DNA of 64,000 nt from Octopus sinensis (taxonomy: Eukaryota), in NCBI RefSeq assembly GCF_006345805.1, contig NC_043004.1, positions 10,912,001 through 10,976,000 of the forward strand, in the 5' to 3' direction. Below, in pieces: positions 1-13,169 of the stretch. A model generated the notes under the pieces. That model saw nothing but the letters and a program-made list of their open reading frames with translations, was not told the origin of the DNA and searched no databases. Every line of letters starts with the position of its first letter. The first letter of the stretch is position 1. The position numbers were made by a program, and so were the translations under genes.

Positions 1-90
1 ACCTCGGCGGAATTTGAACTCACAACGTAACGACAGACGAAATACGGCTACGCATTTCGCCCGGCGTGCTAACGTTTCTGCCAGCTCATA
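1..90 (-). mobile_element. SINE family 1 fragment (tRNA-derived, 5' part)
   Basis: Reverse complement matches the head of the ~220-bp SINE repeated throughout the window (gagctggcagaaacgttagcacgccgggcgaaatg...gagttcaaattccgccgaggt). Confidence 0.75.
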
Positions 91-127
91 GCTCAAGTGA
101 CAGTGTTGTTGATTATTAGTATAGTGT

Positions 128-530
128 TTACTACCCCATCGAATTTCTGAGCTCACTAGAACCACCAGCTATAGCTCATCATTATCTTCAACTGAAAAAA
201 GGGACTCCTTTTATGCTATAGCGTGATATGTCGCAACCAAAATTATGCAACAGTACAAGATTAATTGTGCACAAACTTATGAGGAACTGCATTGAGGCAT
301 ATATTTTCACTGGTTGTTACAGTTTCCTATCCGAGTTTCTTTTGCCATGAACATTAATGAACGTCAGAGCCAGACACTAAAAATTGCTGGATTGCAACTT
401 CAAAAACCATGCTTTTCGCATGGCCAACTTTATGTACGTGCATCACGTGTGAGAGCAAAAACAAATCTTTTTACTTATGCACCTCGAAATGAAACAAAAA
501 AAAAAAACCCACATTGTTTATAAAGAAATA
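128..530 (+). pseudogene. Helitron Pif1-family helicase C-terminal remnant, copy 1
   Basis: ORF 314-523 reads QFPIRVSFAMNINERQSQTL...FSHGQLYVRASRV, matching Pif1 motifs (INKSQGQTL, FSHGQLYVALSR). Upstream broken frames give YPIEFLSSLEPP..LQLKKG and KLCNSTRLIVHKL. Confidence 0.8.
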
Positions 531-744
531 TTCATTCTTAAAGCAATATGAATACTTCAGTAACTTAATTTCCCATTTCAATCATTACATTCAAGAATGA
601 CTAAATAACCTATTTCAATGAACTGTATTATACAATTGCCATTACTATATTGATAAATATAATTAAAAAAATAAAATTCACTATTGTAATATAATAAACC
701 AACACAAGTTCATATATGAAATTCATCTGTTTTCTACTCCAATG

Positions 745-1260
745 AAATCAATCAGCTGAACTATTAGCAGAGCAGCTTTTGAAATTCAGTGAAGGGAGAG
801 TTCCAATTGATGAAGAACAGTTTCTTACACGCAACGCAATATGCAATTCCACTGATTCCGTCGATGATTTCATGTATGAAACTTTTCCTAATTTTCTAAC
901 AATACAGATTGAATTTGTGACAGAGTTATCCTGGCTCCAACAAAATGTTCCTCAATAATATACTATTCAATAAGCTTCCAGAAGTCTTCACTTATAACTC
1001 AACTAACAGTGTGACTATATGGATAGCGTCAACTACCCAATCGAATTCTTTAACTCACCACAACCAGCAGGTACAGCTCCTTACTGTCTTCAATTAAAAA
1101 AAAGGGATTCCTAATACATTTCTGTCTCAATCAAAATTATGTAACGGTACAATATTAATTGTGCACAAACTTCATTGACACAAACATTTTCACTCTATGT
1201 AGTAAAAGCTTATGTATTCCGAAATAAAACAAATAGCATTGTTCAAAAAGAAATATTCAT
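745..1260 (+). pseudogene. Helitron helicase remnant, copy 2
   Basis: Broken frames give EQLLKFSEGRVPID, NYPIEFFNSPQPAG..LQLKKG and KLCNGT.LIVHKL. It shares the downstream aagaaatattcattcttaa segment with copy 1. Confidence 0.65.
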
Positions 1261-1842
1261 TCTTAATGCAACATGAATACTTCAACAACTTCATTTACCA
1301 GAACTATCATTACATTCAAGAATGAGCAAATATCTTATTGCAATGAACTGTATTATACAACTGTCATTACTGTATTGATAAATAAAATAATCCATACACC
1401 TTACTTAATATTATCATGTAATAAACAAACAGAACTTCATGTATAAAATTATCTTTTACCTAGTTCAATCATTATATGCTTTTTTCTTATAAAAATATTG
1501 TATCATTGACATTACTGTATAGACAAATAAAATAACACATACAACTCACTAATTATTGTCATATTATAAACAAACACAAGTTCATGAAAGATACTGATCT
1601 TTCTTCTTCTTCAATTATTACATGGTCTTCTCTTCTAAAAATACAGACATACAGAAGGAGCAAATTATACATATAATAATACTTTCAAAATGTCTCCCGA
1701 TAAACAGTAAAAGTAATTAACCGATCAACCACAGGTTTTACTGCTAATATATATATATATATATTATATAATAATATTATATATATATTATATATATATT
1801 ATATATATATGTACACACACCCACATACACACACACACACAT

Positions 1843-1945
1843 GAGGAGATGCTGAAATGTTCCTGGCTTTAAGGATATCGCGAAAGGCATGGTTGAAGAC
1901 CTTACATCCGGAGTTCTTTTACTGGGCTTATAAAAAATTGAAACC
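1843..1945. mobile_element. Tc1/mariner-type MITE fragment (one terminus)
   Basis: gaggagatgctgaaatgttcctggcttt resembles a mariner-type TIR (recognised from memory). No second TIR was found. Confidence 0.4.
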
Positions 1946-1959
1946 ACCCCTACCGTATA

Positions 1960-1991
<32 letters not shown>

Positions 1992-2052
1992 CGTATGTCA
2001 AATGACCGTCGATGAAAATATTCAGCATTGATTCGTCACTGGAAACCGAACA

Positions 2053-2552
2053 TCTTTATTACACAACAGTATCTGCACCTATAGCCACACACGCTCACTC
2101 CACCACAACCCCATCACACATGTGCTACGCGCGCACGCACGAACGTAAATTTTGGGGAAGAAGTTTTAAAAACACAAAGTTTTATTAAAAATACGTTACA
2201 TACATGTTTCAAAGTATATTTTATAATTATTACCGAGAGTTCGTATGCTATAAAAATATTTTTAACTATTTATGTAATCCATTAAGTGTTGCAGGTGTTT
2301 TTTAATATCAAATGCTAGGTATACACTTAATAGAAAAGAATTAAAATATAACAATTAGAGAAGGTATGTAAAAAGATTATTGTATAATAATCAGAAAACG
2401 GAGAGAATTTAAAATGTAGTTTGATAGTAATAAACATTCAAACTGATGTACATCGTAATTCTCAATACAGATTTTACGAGATTATGGTGTTTATTGCATG
2501 TATATTAAAAGTTTTGCGAACTAACATACACGCATATACGCGCGTCTACTCA
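2053..2552 (+). mobile_element. Possible non-autonomous Helitron
   Basis: Starts a|tctttattac and ends with an acgc..gcgt hairpin followed by ctactac (degenerate CTAG). Weak. Confidence 0.3.
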
Positions 2553-2598
2553 TATCTGGTCGCACACAATATACCCTTATATACGCATGTACGTTTTT

Positions 2599-2640
<42 letters not shown>

Positions 2641-3344
2641 TACATATATATCCATATCCATATAAATATATATATATATATATTACATATATACCATATC
2701 CATATATAATATATATATTACATATATATCCATATCCATATAATATATATATAATATATACACACATACATATGTGTGTGTGTGTATATAAGTATGTGTG
2801 CATGTATGCAAAACATTTACTGAGAAAGGTAGATAAATAGAAGCATGGTTAGAGATATTAATGATAAAATCTGTATCCAATATATACAGACATAATTAAT
2901 TATATTCTTCGTATTCTGCAATATATACACACCTGTATCATTTCCACAAACACACCCACAGACACAGACACACACACACACTCAAACGTTTTTAGCATCA
3001 ACTGCTCGAATATTCATACAATAGTGATTTGTATATACATGTCGATATAAATATCCATGTTACCAACACCAGCTAATCCTATAATGATGATATTCGACTT
3101 ATTTTAGTGGATATTTAATTTGCATCACTCCACACTTTACCCCATATAATTTTCATACGTATCAGAAAAAGATAGCGCCAAACGATCCCCTGTCATTTAT
3201 CGTTGCCTGCTTTATTATAAATTTCATATAAAAAAAAAGAAGTGAAAACTATGGGAAAAACTACTCTGGTAGTAATTAAGGTTATTTTCTAACTTATAAT
3301 ACTAACCCTAATCTTAACGTATAAAGGTGCATAGGATTTTGGTA

Positions 3345-3428
3345 CAGGAATGTGATATTTGCTCGACTAAAAGGCGGTGCTCCATTATGGCCACAGTCAC
3401 ATGACTGAAACAAGTAAAAGAGTAAAAG
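3345..3428 (+). mobile_element. SINE family 2, 3' tail fragment
   Basis: ggcggtgctccattatggccacagtcacatgactgaaacaagtaaaagagtaaaagag matches the tails at 34792, 44472 and 62590. Confidence 0.65.
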
Positions 3429-4185
3429 AGTATATATGTATATATGTATATATGCATGTGTGTGTGGATGTATGTATATGTATACATATATTCATCACAC
3501 TTGGATACCCATGTGTCAGATTGCAAGTAGAAATCTGCAAAGATGCTTGCCTCTTTGCGTGTGCTTTTGTATTTTGGGATGTGTGTGTGAATGTGTGTGT
3601 GTGTGTGTGTATGTGTGCGTGTGCGCGTGCGCTGTACAAAAGAGATACAGGATATATTTAAGAGATAATTCTATGATGGATAAGCGGAAGAATTGGATAG
3701 AAACCCTGATAGATATTGTTCCCACAATTATAATCAAATTAATACGCAAGTGCAATGGAGTTATGATTTATATTGAAATCTTCGCCAGATTGGATCGTTA
3801 AACGTTTTTAGCTGACCTCCAAGGATTTGAGATTTAGTTTAATCAGGCGGTGAGTAATAAATATCTTTTACTGCAGTAATGAAAAGTTGCGGATATTTAT
3901 TTTGTTGAGACAATTAAGCGAGAATTGAATGTTTCCACGTAACTTTGTATATGTTTCGTTAGGGAAATGTTTTGTAGTTTTTGATTCAGTATATCTTTTA
4001 TGCATTGTTTTTATGGTAAACAACTAATATATTTGTATATCAAGGAACAAAGAAATTTAGTAAGCCGAAAGAAAAAAAAGAGCACCATAACTTTACAATA
4101 CACACACTTACACACCACACACGATAGATACGCATATTACCGCATACATATCTATCTATATAATATGTATGATTGACATACATAT

Positions 4186-4285
4186 NNNNNNNNNNNNNNN
4201 NNNNNNNNNNNNNNNNNNNNNNNNNNNNNNNNNNNNNNNNNNNNNNNNNNNNNNNNNNNNNNNNNNNNNNNNNNNNNNNNNNNNN
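4186..4285. other. Assembly gap (100 N)
   Basis: Run of exactly 100 n, flanked by (CATA)-type microsatellite. Confidence 1.
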
Positions 4286-4484
4286 ATACATACATACGCG
4301 TACACATACACAGATGCACACACACATACACACACATACACCACACACCATACACACATATGCACAATTTCATATACACATTAACACACATTTATATTCA
4401 TTATATATTTATATACGTACATTACGTACATATACATATATACATGCATACACACACATATACATCAGACATACATACATACAT

Positions 4485-4521
<37 letters not shown>

Positions 4522-4889
4522 GGTATATATATATATATATTATATATATATATATATATAGTATATATATATTATTATATATGTAGATGTGTTTTTGTGC
4601 TACATTACATTTTGTGTATGTGTTTTTTGTTTGTGCGTGTATATAGATGTTTTAAATGTATTTGTTCACTTCAATCAGAATACACAATAACGTAAATTGT
4701 GTTTACTTTCAAGCTAAGAATATACTATCATAAAGTCTTTTATTGTTTGGTTTAAAAAATATCTCTGCGGCTCAGCTGAGTGAAATTTTCTGTCTCCTGA
4801 ATACAACGTCTGCTCTCTGGTAACACAATATTGATTTCTTGCATGAGGACACAGAAAAACACTAAATACACAGACACGCACACACTCTC

Positions 4890-5585
<696 letters not shown>

Positions 5586-5777
5586 CGCTAGCTATTTTTG
5601 TTTGTCTATTTCTGGAGTTGTGAGAAGTTGGGGTCAGTCCTATAATATCATTCCATCCTGGTCCGTTCTGACTCGGACCGATAGTATTTATCCCATCTAT
5701 GTAAGGGTTAAATTGATTTCGCAGGGCTAGAGATGATCCGTTACTTTTGACAAAGCCTCAGAGGAAGGCATCTCCTT

Positions 5778-5982
5778 TAGTAATCATTCAGTTATCGTTA
5801 GTGTTACGTTCCAAAATCTCCCACAGAAATGATTAAAATCTAAAAAGCTATAAATACCTATCGGTTGCAGAAACACGGATATACTGAAGAGTCCACGGTA
5901 TAAATTTACAAATATAACCCAGAAAAATCCGCGATGTACTGTGTGCGCGATAAGTGAACCGCAATAAGGCGAGGGATTACTG
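5778..5982 (-). mobile_element. Tigger/pogo-like MITE (degenerate), related to the copy at 47107
   Basis: The right end gcgagggattactg|ta matches the TIR of the 47.1-kb MITE. Internal gtgttacgttccaaaa is the reverse complement of that MITE's ttttggaacgtaacac. Confidence 0.6.
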
Positions 5983-5989
5983 TATTCTG

Positions 5990-7810
5990 ACATAAAACTT
6001 GCAGCAGAAATTGTACCAGGCGTTTTGTAATGCTTTTTTCTGTGACCTATTATGGTGACCAAAATAGCATGTTTTCTTGTGAGTGTCTGCCAATAACTAT
6101 GCATGTAGAACTAAGAGGGATATGATCACAGATCGAGAGTGGTAGGAGGGGATATTCCCTGGTTGGCAGTTATTTTGCTGTACCTACTATTTTTCGCCAC
6201 CTCACTTACTAGAGTAAGTGATATCGGGGTTGATGTTTTTAGACCGATGTTGTTACTGGACTGGTTCCACAGTCACTTCTACTTTTGTAGGTGTTGTCGA
6301 TTTTGTTCTTGTAATTTCTCTTGTTAGTGTTGTTCTATGCAATTTGTTTGTGACTTCTTTCTTCCCTCGTGTTGATGCTCCTACTGCTTCTGTTGTACAC
6401 TGCTTTTGCAGGGATTGTTTGGCAGCAGAGGGAGTCTTTTTCCCTCATCCTCTTCTTTTAGCTGTGTGAGAAGAAAGCTCTGCGGTATTCTGTTACTCCA
6501 CGTATGCGGCAACTCGGCTGTCTACCGTCCACGATGATTCTCATCGCCTCTTTTGACAGGGAATCCTTTTTCCTGGGATCCTTTCTAGATATTCTGGTTT
6601 TACCGAGCAATGGAGCGCTAGTATGGTCCCAAACGAGTTCCTTTGCTTTGTTCTCTGCATATCCTGTAATATTTCTTTCCCAAAAAATTCATGCCAATAT
6701 CCAGCAGAGACTTATCTGTAGGGAAATCTTCGATATTTTTTCCATTTATCACTGTTCTTTCCAAATACGTGGTGAAGAGAGCGAAGTCCTCGTTGTGGCT
6801 GGCGACTGCTGCATGTGTCTCCGTCTTAAATACAACTACTTTTCCAAAGATATATGTTCCGTATCATTCCATATATCGCAAAGGACCTTTTCTGCTTGAG
6901 CATCATTAATCGCCTCCATGTAACGACTTTTAATTCCATGCAACGATATATAACATGTTTTTCTTTTTTTTCTGGGAGTCGCACTAAGTATCTTGGTAAA
7001 GGCACATACACTCCAGTTTCTAACCCCATTTTTCCTAAATCGAATGCCGTGTTGTAATTTCCCATTTTGTCTTCTAGAGATATACTTTATAATTCACTTT
7101 ATATTTCCTTTCCTGAGACCACTCCAGTGAAGGATGTCTTGCTGCCGTTCTTGCTAATGGCTTGAATTTTACTAATGTTATTGCTCTCACCATTGTAGTC
7201 AAAGCTGTCCTCTTTTGCTGCTGCTGCACTTGATTCTGCTGCTGCTACTTCTGATGTTGTTCCTTTCGTCACCATTATTATCGTCATTGTTTATTTTAGG
7301 AGCAGTTTTGTTTCTATTGCTACTGATTGTTACTATAATGGGGGGCGGGGCAGCGATGGCAATGAACTTTACTCAGCAAAGTTCTTTTTATTTATATGCC
7401 ATTGTTCCAGCTGTTGCTAGTGTTGTTGTTGTTATTGTTGTTGCTTTTGCTGTCACTGATGCTGTTTTTTTGCTACAATACTTCTTGTAATTGCAGTTAT
7501 TGTTCTTAGTTATATTGTTCTTGTTATTTCCGTATTCGTCCACTTTTCTGCTGCTGCTGCTGCTACTATAGATGATAGCAAGCTAATATCTGTGTTGAAG
7601 GAAGAGGACTCGCTGCTATGTAATATCGTAGTCAGAGGAATCATTTCCCCTCCTACTACTCCATACAGTTAATTGATCGCATGTGTTGGTATCTCCATGC
7701 TTCTACACATTACAGTATACGATATGCCGGCATGTTCTTATGAGAGAAGTGCTCCCTAAGACCCAAACTCCTTAAGACCCCGTCCTTAAGTGCTCCTTAA
7801 GACCCCTCTT
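5990..7810 (-). mobile_element. Highly decayed non-LTR retrotransposon ORF1-like region (possibly L1/Tx1-like)
   Basis: Minus strand ~6545-6470 reads RIIVDGRQPS-CRIRGVTEYRRAFF. This has exact CX2CX4HX4C gag-knuckle spacing, with the three non-matching ligands each one substitution away (cgt/tgt, tac/cac, ttc/tgc). Short ccttaag repeats at 7755-7805 may be 5' UTR. Confidence 0.35.
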
Positions 7811-8829
7811 CACACCGTGAAATACCTGTCCTTATTTAGAGAAATCTTAAAAGACAACACAGAACAATGTGTTTTCAACAAAAACAACTAAATTTGTACG
7901 ATCCGAAGCGAAGCACATCCAACACAAAACCTTAAAGGGATCATTACATTATGCAGTTTTGAATTTACAAATGACAGCTCTGTTACATATGCAACGTCTT
8001 GACGTAGGTCTGCTTTAGTTTAGCCCGATGTCATTGTCATCAGGTATGAAAGAGAACTAAACAACAACAGTAAAAACAACAAAAACAACAGAAAACGCAA
8101 CAACAACAAGAGCAGCATCAATAACTACATCTCCGAAATGATAAATCCTAACAATAGACTTTTCCCCACAAATCTAATATTTAGAAAAACGTCGTATAGT
8201 TGTCTGCATGAAATCTTAAAATATATTAACCACTAATTATTTAGGCTGCTTGCAAAAATTGAATGATAATAGAAAAAATAGGACGAAAATGAAAACATTG
8301 CCACTTTAACAAACAAGCTAATCTGGGAAGTGATACAAAGAAATGGATAGCCAAGTTACAGGATTTCGTTTAACAGAACAGCATGAAATTAAAAGAAGTG
8401 CGACATATTAATCACATTTAACATCGATAAACAGTGTATCTACAGTGTGGTAAAGGTCAACGCAATCATTAAAACACGCAACACTGATTGTTGAAGACAG
8501 CACACGTCCTCAAATTAATTAGAGAGAGAAAAAAAAGCTCATCATAAAAATTGAATATATATAACAAAAATATTGAAATTGACGTTAAAGATATATCGAT
8601 TTCATATTTTGGCACAGGGCCACTAATTTTTCAAAGAGAAATTATGGTCGATCGAATCAACTCTATTACATTACAAGAATATATTTTATTGATCCCTTAG
8701 GGATGGAAGGGAAACTGAATTTGGTACAGGGTACGAAAAAAGGAATAAATCCGGCCTATTGTCTATGAGGAAACCAATTGAAATAATGTATATTTCAAAA
8801 TCTGTCCTGCTCAGATACTACATCTCTCT

Positions 8830-9010
8830 TTATAAAACTACACTAGACAGATATCTCAGTAGCAGACTTCTGAAGGAGTTTAGGATGACCTTGCAAATGT
8901 TCTTGATATATTTGCGCTGCCCGTTGACCGAATATTTGCCATCCCAATTTTTTCGAAAGTCGTTCATTCGTCATCCATTCGAAACATTTGGTTAAACTGA
9001 CGCAGCAAGA
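8830..9010 (-). mobile_element. Possible decayed RTE-clade LINE fragment (post-RT region)
   Basis: Minus strand reads MFRMDD(4-nt insertion)ERLSKKL...QGHPKL, resembling RTE RMDDERLPK...GRPKL. Confidence 0.3.
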
Positions 9011-9146
9011 TGTGTAAAGATGCTTGGAAACAATGTACATATCCTCAGTGCCAACGAAAATGCAGTAATTGTTGATTTCATGCCGCTCAAGTATAAGAAA
9101 ACATTCTTGGCATGCTGTATGTAACCAAATCCCGTATCATTGGTAT

Positions 9147-9530
9147 GGAAGCACTCCGTCGGTTCCGACGACGAGGGTTCCGGCTGATCCGATCAACGAA
9201 ACAGCCTGCTCGTGAAATTAACGTGTAAGTGGCTGAGCACTCCACAGACACGTGCACCCTTAACGTAGTTCTCGGGGATATTCAACGTGACACAGAGAGG
9301 GACAAGGCCGGCTCCTTAAAATACAGGTACAACAGAAACAGGAAGTAAGAGTGAGAGAAAGTTGTAGTGAAAGAGTACAGCAGGGATCACCACCATCCCC
9401 TGCCGGAGCCTCGTGGAGCTTTTAGGTGTTTTCGCTCAATAAACACTCACAACGCCCGGTCTGGGAATCGAAACCGCGATCCTATGACCGCGAGTCCGCT
9501 GCCCTAACCACTGGGCCATTGCGCCTCCAC
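9147..9530 (-). mobile_element. Full-length tRNA-derived SINE (family 3) with 11-bp target-site duplication
   Basis: Minus-strand head with A box (tggcccagtgg) and B box (gtttcgattcc). The perfect direct repeat atcattggtat lies at 9136-9146 and 9531-9541. Confidence 0.85.
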
Positions 9531-10215
9531 ATCATTGGTATACAATAAAGACGACAGAACAATGGTTCTGTAGATTGTTTTTTTTTGGGGGGGGGGGGGT
9601 CTTTCTCTCCCGGGCGATGTATCTAAATCTACTAAAGTCAATGCTGACATGCTTGCCGATATGCTTCAATGAGTGTTTTTGAAGTATGCAAATCTGTCAA
9701 ATGTAGAAAAGTTTTGACCTTTGTCCGAGATTGTAGATCCCGTATGTCACACGAAGAGTTGCCTGATACGTAATTTTTCCTTATTTCGTTCTTCGGCGAA
9801 GCCAAAGTTATTGCTGGATGAGGAAGATATGTTTGTGCAATGCTACACTTCAGATTATGAACCAGCTTTAAAAATAATCATTCACCGAAATGAAACTTGC
9901 ACGCTTCTGTTTTGTCTTGGATATCATCTCATTTGTGATATGATGAGGTGTATAAAAACTAAATAATAGGAAAAATTGTTTAAAATTTTTGTAACAAAAT
10001 CTGTAAAATTGAGGTGAGGTTACCTCAAAATTTGAGACGATCGATCCAACATTTATTTTATTTCATCGATCCTGAATGGGTAAAAAGCTAAGTTAACCTC
10101 GGCAGGATTTGAACTTAGAACGGAAACAGCGGGAAAATATTCATTATATCGACTACAGCTCATGGCTAATACTTTATTTTATAATCGTCGGGAAGATTAC
10201 TGATAAGGATGACAT

Positions 10216-10327
10216 CGGTGTAATTTGAACCCAGAATTTAAAGAATCGAACGAAATAACGCTCTAATACACCGGTGTAATTTGAACCCAGAATTTAAAGA
10301 ATCGAACGAAATAACGCTCTAATACAC
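10216..10327. repeat. Perfect 56-bp tandem duplication inside a degenerate SINE
   Basis: cggtgtaatttgaacc...ctctaatacac at 10216-10271 and 10272-10327. Confidence 0.9.
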
Positions 10328-10760
10328 AGTCTCGATAATAATTGCTTCTAGTGAAGGCATAAGGCCAATTCTGAGGGGAGATTCTGGACGATTAAAACGA
10401 TCCTACTTCTTAACTAGTGGTTCATTGTATTAGCCTTGGAAGAATGAGAAGCAAAGTTGACCGCCGTCATTTTTTAACTAAATAGCTGCAACACGTCCAG
10501 GCACTATGTGCGGCACGTTAAACTTTCTCCCGATTTTCCTTATTACCGATGATAATTGATAAGAATTACCCGAAAATAAAGACTGGTTATCCCAGCTGGA
10601 ATGCTGGTCTGCGAAAAACCAACAATGGAAGCAACAAGAAATAACTTGAGTCACTTTCATGTGGGCTCAAAGTAGGTCACATTAGAACTGAGGTCATTGC
10701 TTCAAGTCTGTAATCAATATATTGCTTGTAATCAATATATTGCTTGTAATCAATATATAA

Positions 10761-11385
10761 GGCGGCGAGCTGGCAGAATCGTTAGCACCGGGCGAAATGC
10801 TTAGCGGTATTTCGTCTGTCCTTACGTTCTGAGTTCAAATTCCGCCGAGGTCGACTTTGCCTTTCATCCTTTCGAGGTCGATTAAATAAGTACCAGTTGC
10901 GTACTGGGATCGATCTAATCGACTGGCACCCTCCCGCCAAATTTAGTGCCTTGTGCCAAGAGTAGAAAAGAATGTATTGGCTATTATAATGCGGTGAGCT
11001 GGCAGAAACGTTAGCACGCCGGGCGAAATGCTTAGCGGTATTTCGTCTGCCGCTACGTTCTGAGTTCAAATTCCGCCGAGGTCGACTTTGCCTTTCATCC
11101 TTTCGGGGTCGATCAAATAAGTACCAGTTACGCACTGGGGTCGATATAATCGACTTAATCCGTTTGTTTGTCCTTGTTTGTCCGCTCTGTGTTTAGCTCC
11201 TTGTGGGTAGTAAAGAAATAGGTATTTCGTCTTTACGCTCAGAGTTCAAATTCCACCGAGGTCAACTTTGCCTTTCATCTTTTCGGGGTCGATAAATTAA
11301 GTACCAGTTGCGTACTTGGGTCGATCTAATAGACTGGCCCCTTCCCCTGAATTTAGCGCCTTGTGCTTAGAATAGAAAAAATATA
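10761..11385 (+). mobile_element. SINE family 1 head-to-tail trimer
   Basis: Three copies of the core gtcgactttgcctttcatcctttcggggtcgat. Units start at ~10761, ~10991 and 11221; the third is 5'-truncated. Confidence 0.85.
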
Positions 11386-12782
11386 TTGACTATTATATAT
11401 TTAATAATTAACTCTGTATTGCAAATTTGCTCATTACCTACTTCTAATGATGAACATTAAAAATGCTTTTCTTCTTCTTTAGATTGAAACGGAGTGTAGC
11501 CTGAATTCAAAGTAAACGGGAGGCGGTTCGGAAGGATGGCCAAAGACCTAGGAAACATGATTGATACGATTATTTCTTATATAGTAACATATATAAGATG
11601 ATATCGTTGTCTACTGAAATACCTGGTTTCTGTACATCGAAGTAATTAAAATTGGGTGGAATTTTAAACAAATACTCCTTTAATTTAACCCTGGGTAAAT
11701 CTGATCGAAACGACATTTTGTGAAAAGGTGCTCAGGCAATGATAACATATTCTTTTATTTAAAGAATGTTTATGCGGGCCACTTCATTTGAAAGATGCTA
11801 GTGTGTAATTTGAAATTTTGCTGCTATTAGCTTTCTATGCCTTGAGCTGAACATAGGACGGGGCTCGCCTCTTGAGCTGGGAAATGAATGGAATTCCTGA
11901 TGTGTGTCTTATTATGGTTACCCGCTCCTATGGGGAATTTAGGCCTTGGTAAAAATAAAATTGCAGCAAGTCAATCGACATCTTAGAAGTGCTGTGTTCC
12001 GACTGTATGCCAGAGCTATGATCAACGAATGCTCATGCTTTCAGAAGAATATCTAAATAATTTAGCCCTAGAATGTCTCTAGAATTTCATTGTCAACTGT
12101 ATTATATTCATTTCTCAACAATAGAATATATGACATAATGGACGATTTGACTGCTATTTCTTGCCGGTCTTGAAGCCAGGTAGAAGAATGTGTCCGAAAG
12201 GCTTATTGTTAATAAGTTCAGAGAATTCGCAGTTTAAAGAAATGACATTATACATAGCAGTCACAGGAAGCAAATCAACAACAAATAAACGATTAATGGT
12301 TATTTTAGAGGAATTGAAAGAGCAATATGTCGCCTATCAAATATACAACATTTAGAGAGTGAATGGAAACTGACATGCGTGTTCAAGCGCTTCATCATTT
12401 TCGGACATATTTGTGAGGTATTTATTCCGCATTATATATACGTTAGGTATCGATATAAACACAGATTGCATATAGATCTACGGTGAGCGGTATATATGTT
12501 CCCTCTTTATGGCCCAGACAGACAAATATCAATATTTGACCTTAGAGTAATTGAATAGAGTGGACTCCTGATGAATAATATTGATTAAATGTACTGAGAG
12601 CTTAACCATTCTTCTCATGAAATATGTAGGGCGAAACACCTCCTGCGCACATGAATATATACATAGAAAAATACATGCATGCGTATATAGATAATGCATG
12701 CATAGATTCGCACACGCACACACACTTGTATTTGTGTGTACATGCATACACACACATATGTATATATGTATGTGTGTGTATG

Positions 12783-12817
<35 letters not shown>

Positions 12818-13137
12818 CTGCAAATATTCCTTCAAACATACGCTCTTGTCTATATACGTACGTATGTATATGTACATCTATGCATATATATATATGTGTG
12901 TGTGTGTGTGTACATACATATACAACCACACGCATACGTATGCATACATATACATCTATATTTAAGTGCGTACATGCGTGTATAAAGAAGCTTAGGTTGT
13001 TATGTATGTGTTAATATGTGACTCTATCATCTGTCTGGCTATGGGTGTGAGATAGAGTGTGACTGTCATATGTATATGAGTATCATATAATTATATATGT
13101 ATATGAGATGAAGATGGTGAACCAAACAGAGACGTAA

Positions 13138-13169
<32 letters not shown>

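Larger units (their letters stand above)
91..1746 (+). mobile_element. Decayed Helitron 3' region (two tandem helicase remnants plus 3' terminus)
   Basis: Two degenerate copies of the Pif1-like helicase C-terminus and a triplicated AT-rich subterminal unit (~617, ~1341, ~1493). The possible 3' end is a weak acc...ggt hairpin followed by ctgctaa (degenerate CTAG) before (TA)n. Confidence 0.7.

Noticed and set aside
3812-3849. Plus-strand exon candidates with good donors (3812-3849 GTGAGT; 18614-18653 GTAAGT)
   Set aside because: The acceptors are weak, the peptides are unrecognisable, and such signals are expected by chance in 64 kb.
9147-9310. Possible HDV-like ribozyme in the GC-rich SINE3 tail (ctcagccacttacacgt resembles Ingi/L1Tc leaders)
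   Set aside because: I could not build the nested double pseudoknot by hand, and the similarity is too short.
9440-9530. tRNA-like A/B-box sequences (also at 28640-28723, 38640-38721 and 44800-44889)
   Set aside because: These are SINE heads: they continue into repeat bodies, lack a closed acceptor stem, and one is bounded by a TSD.
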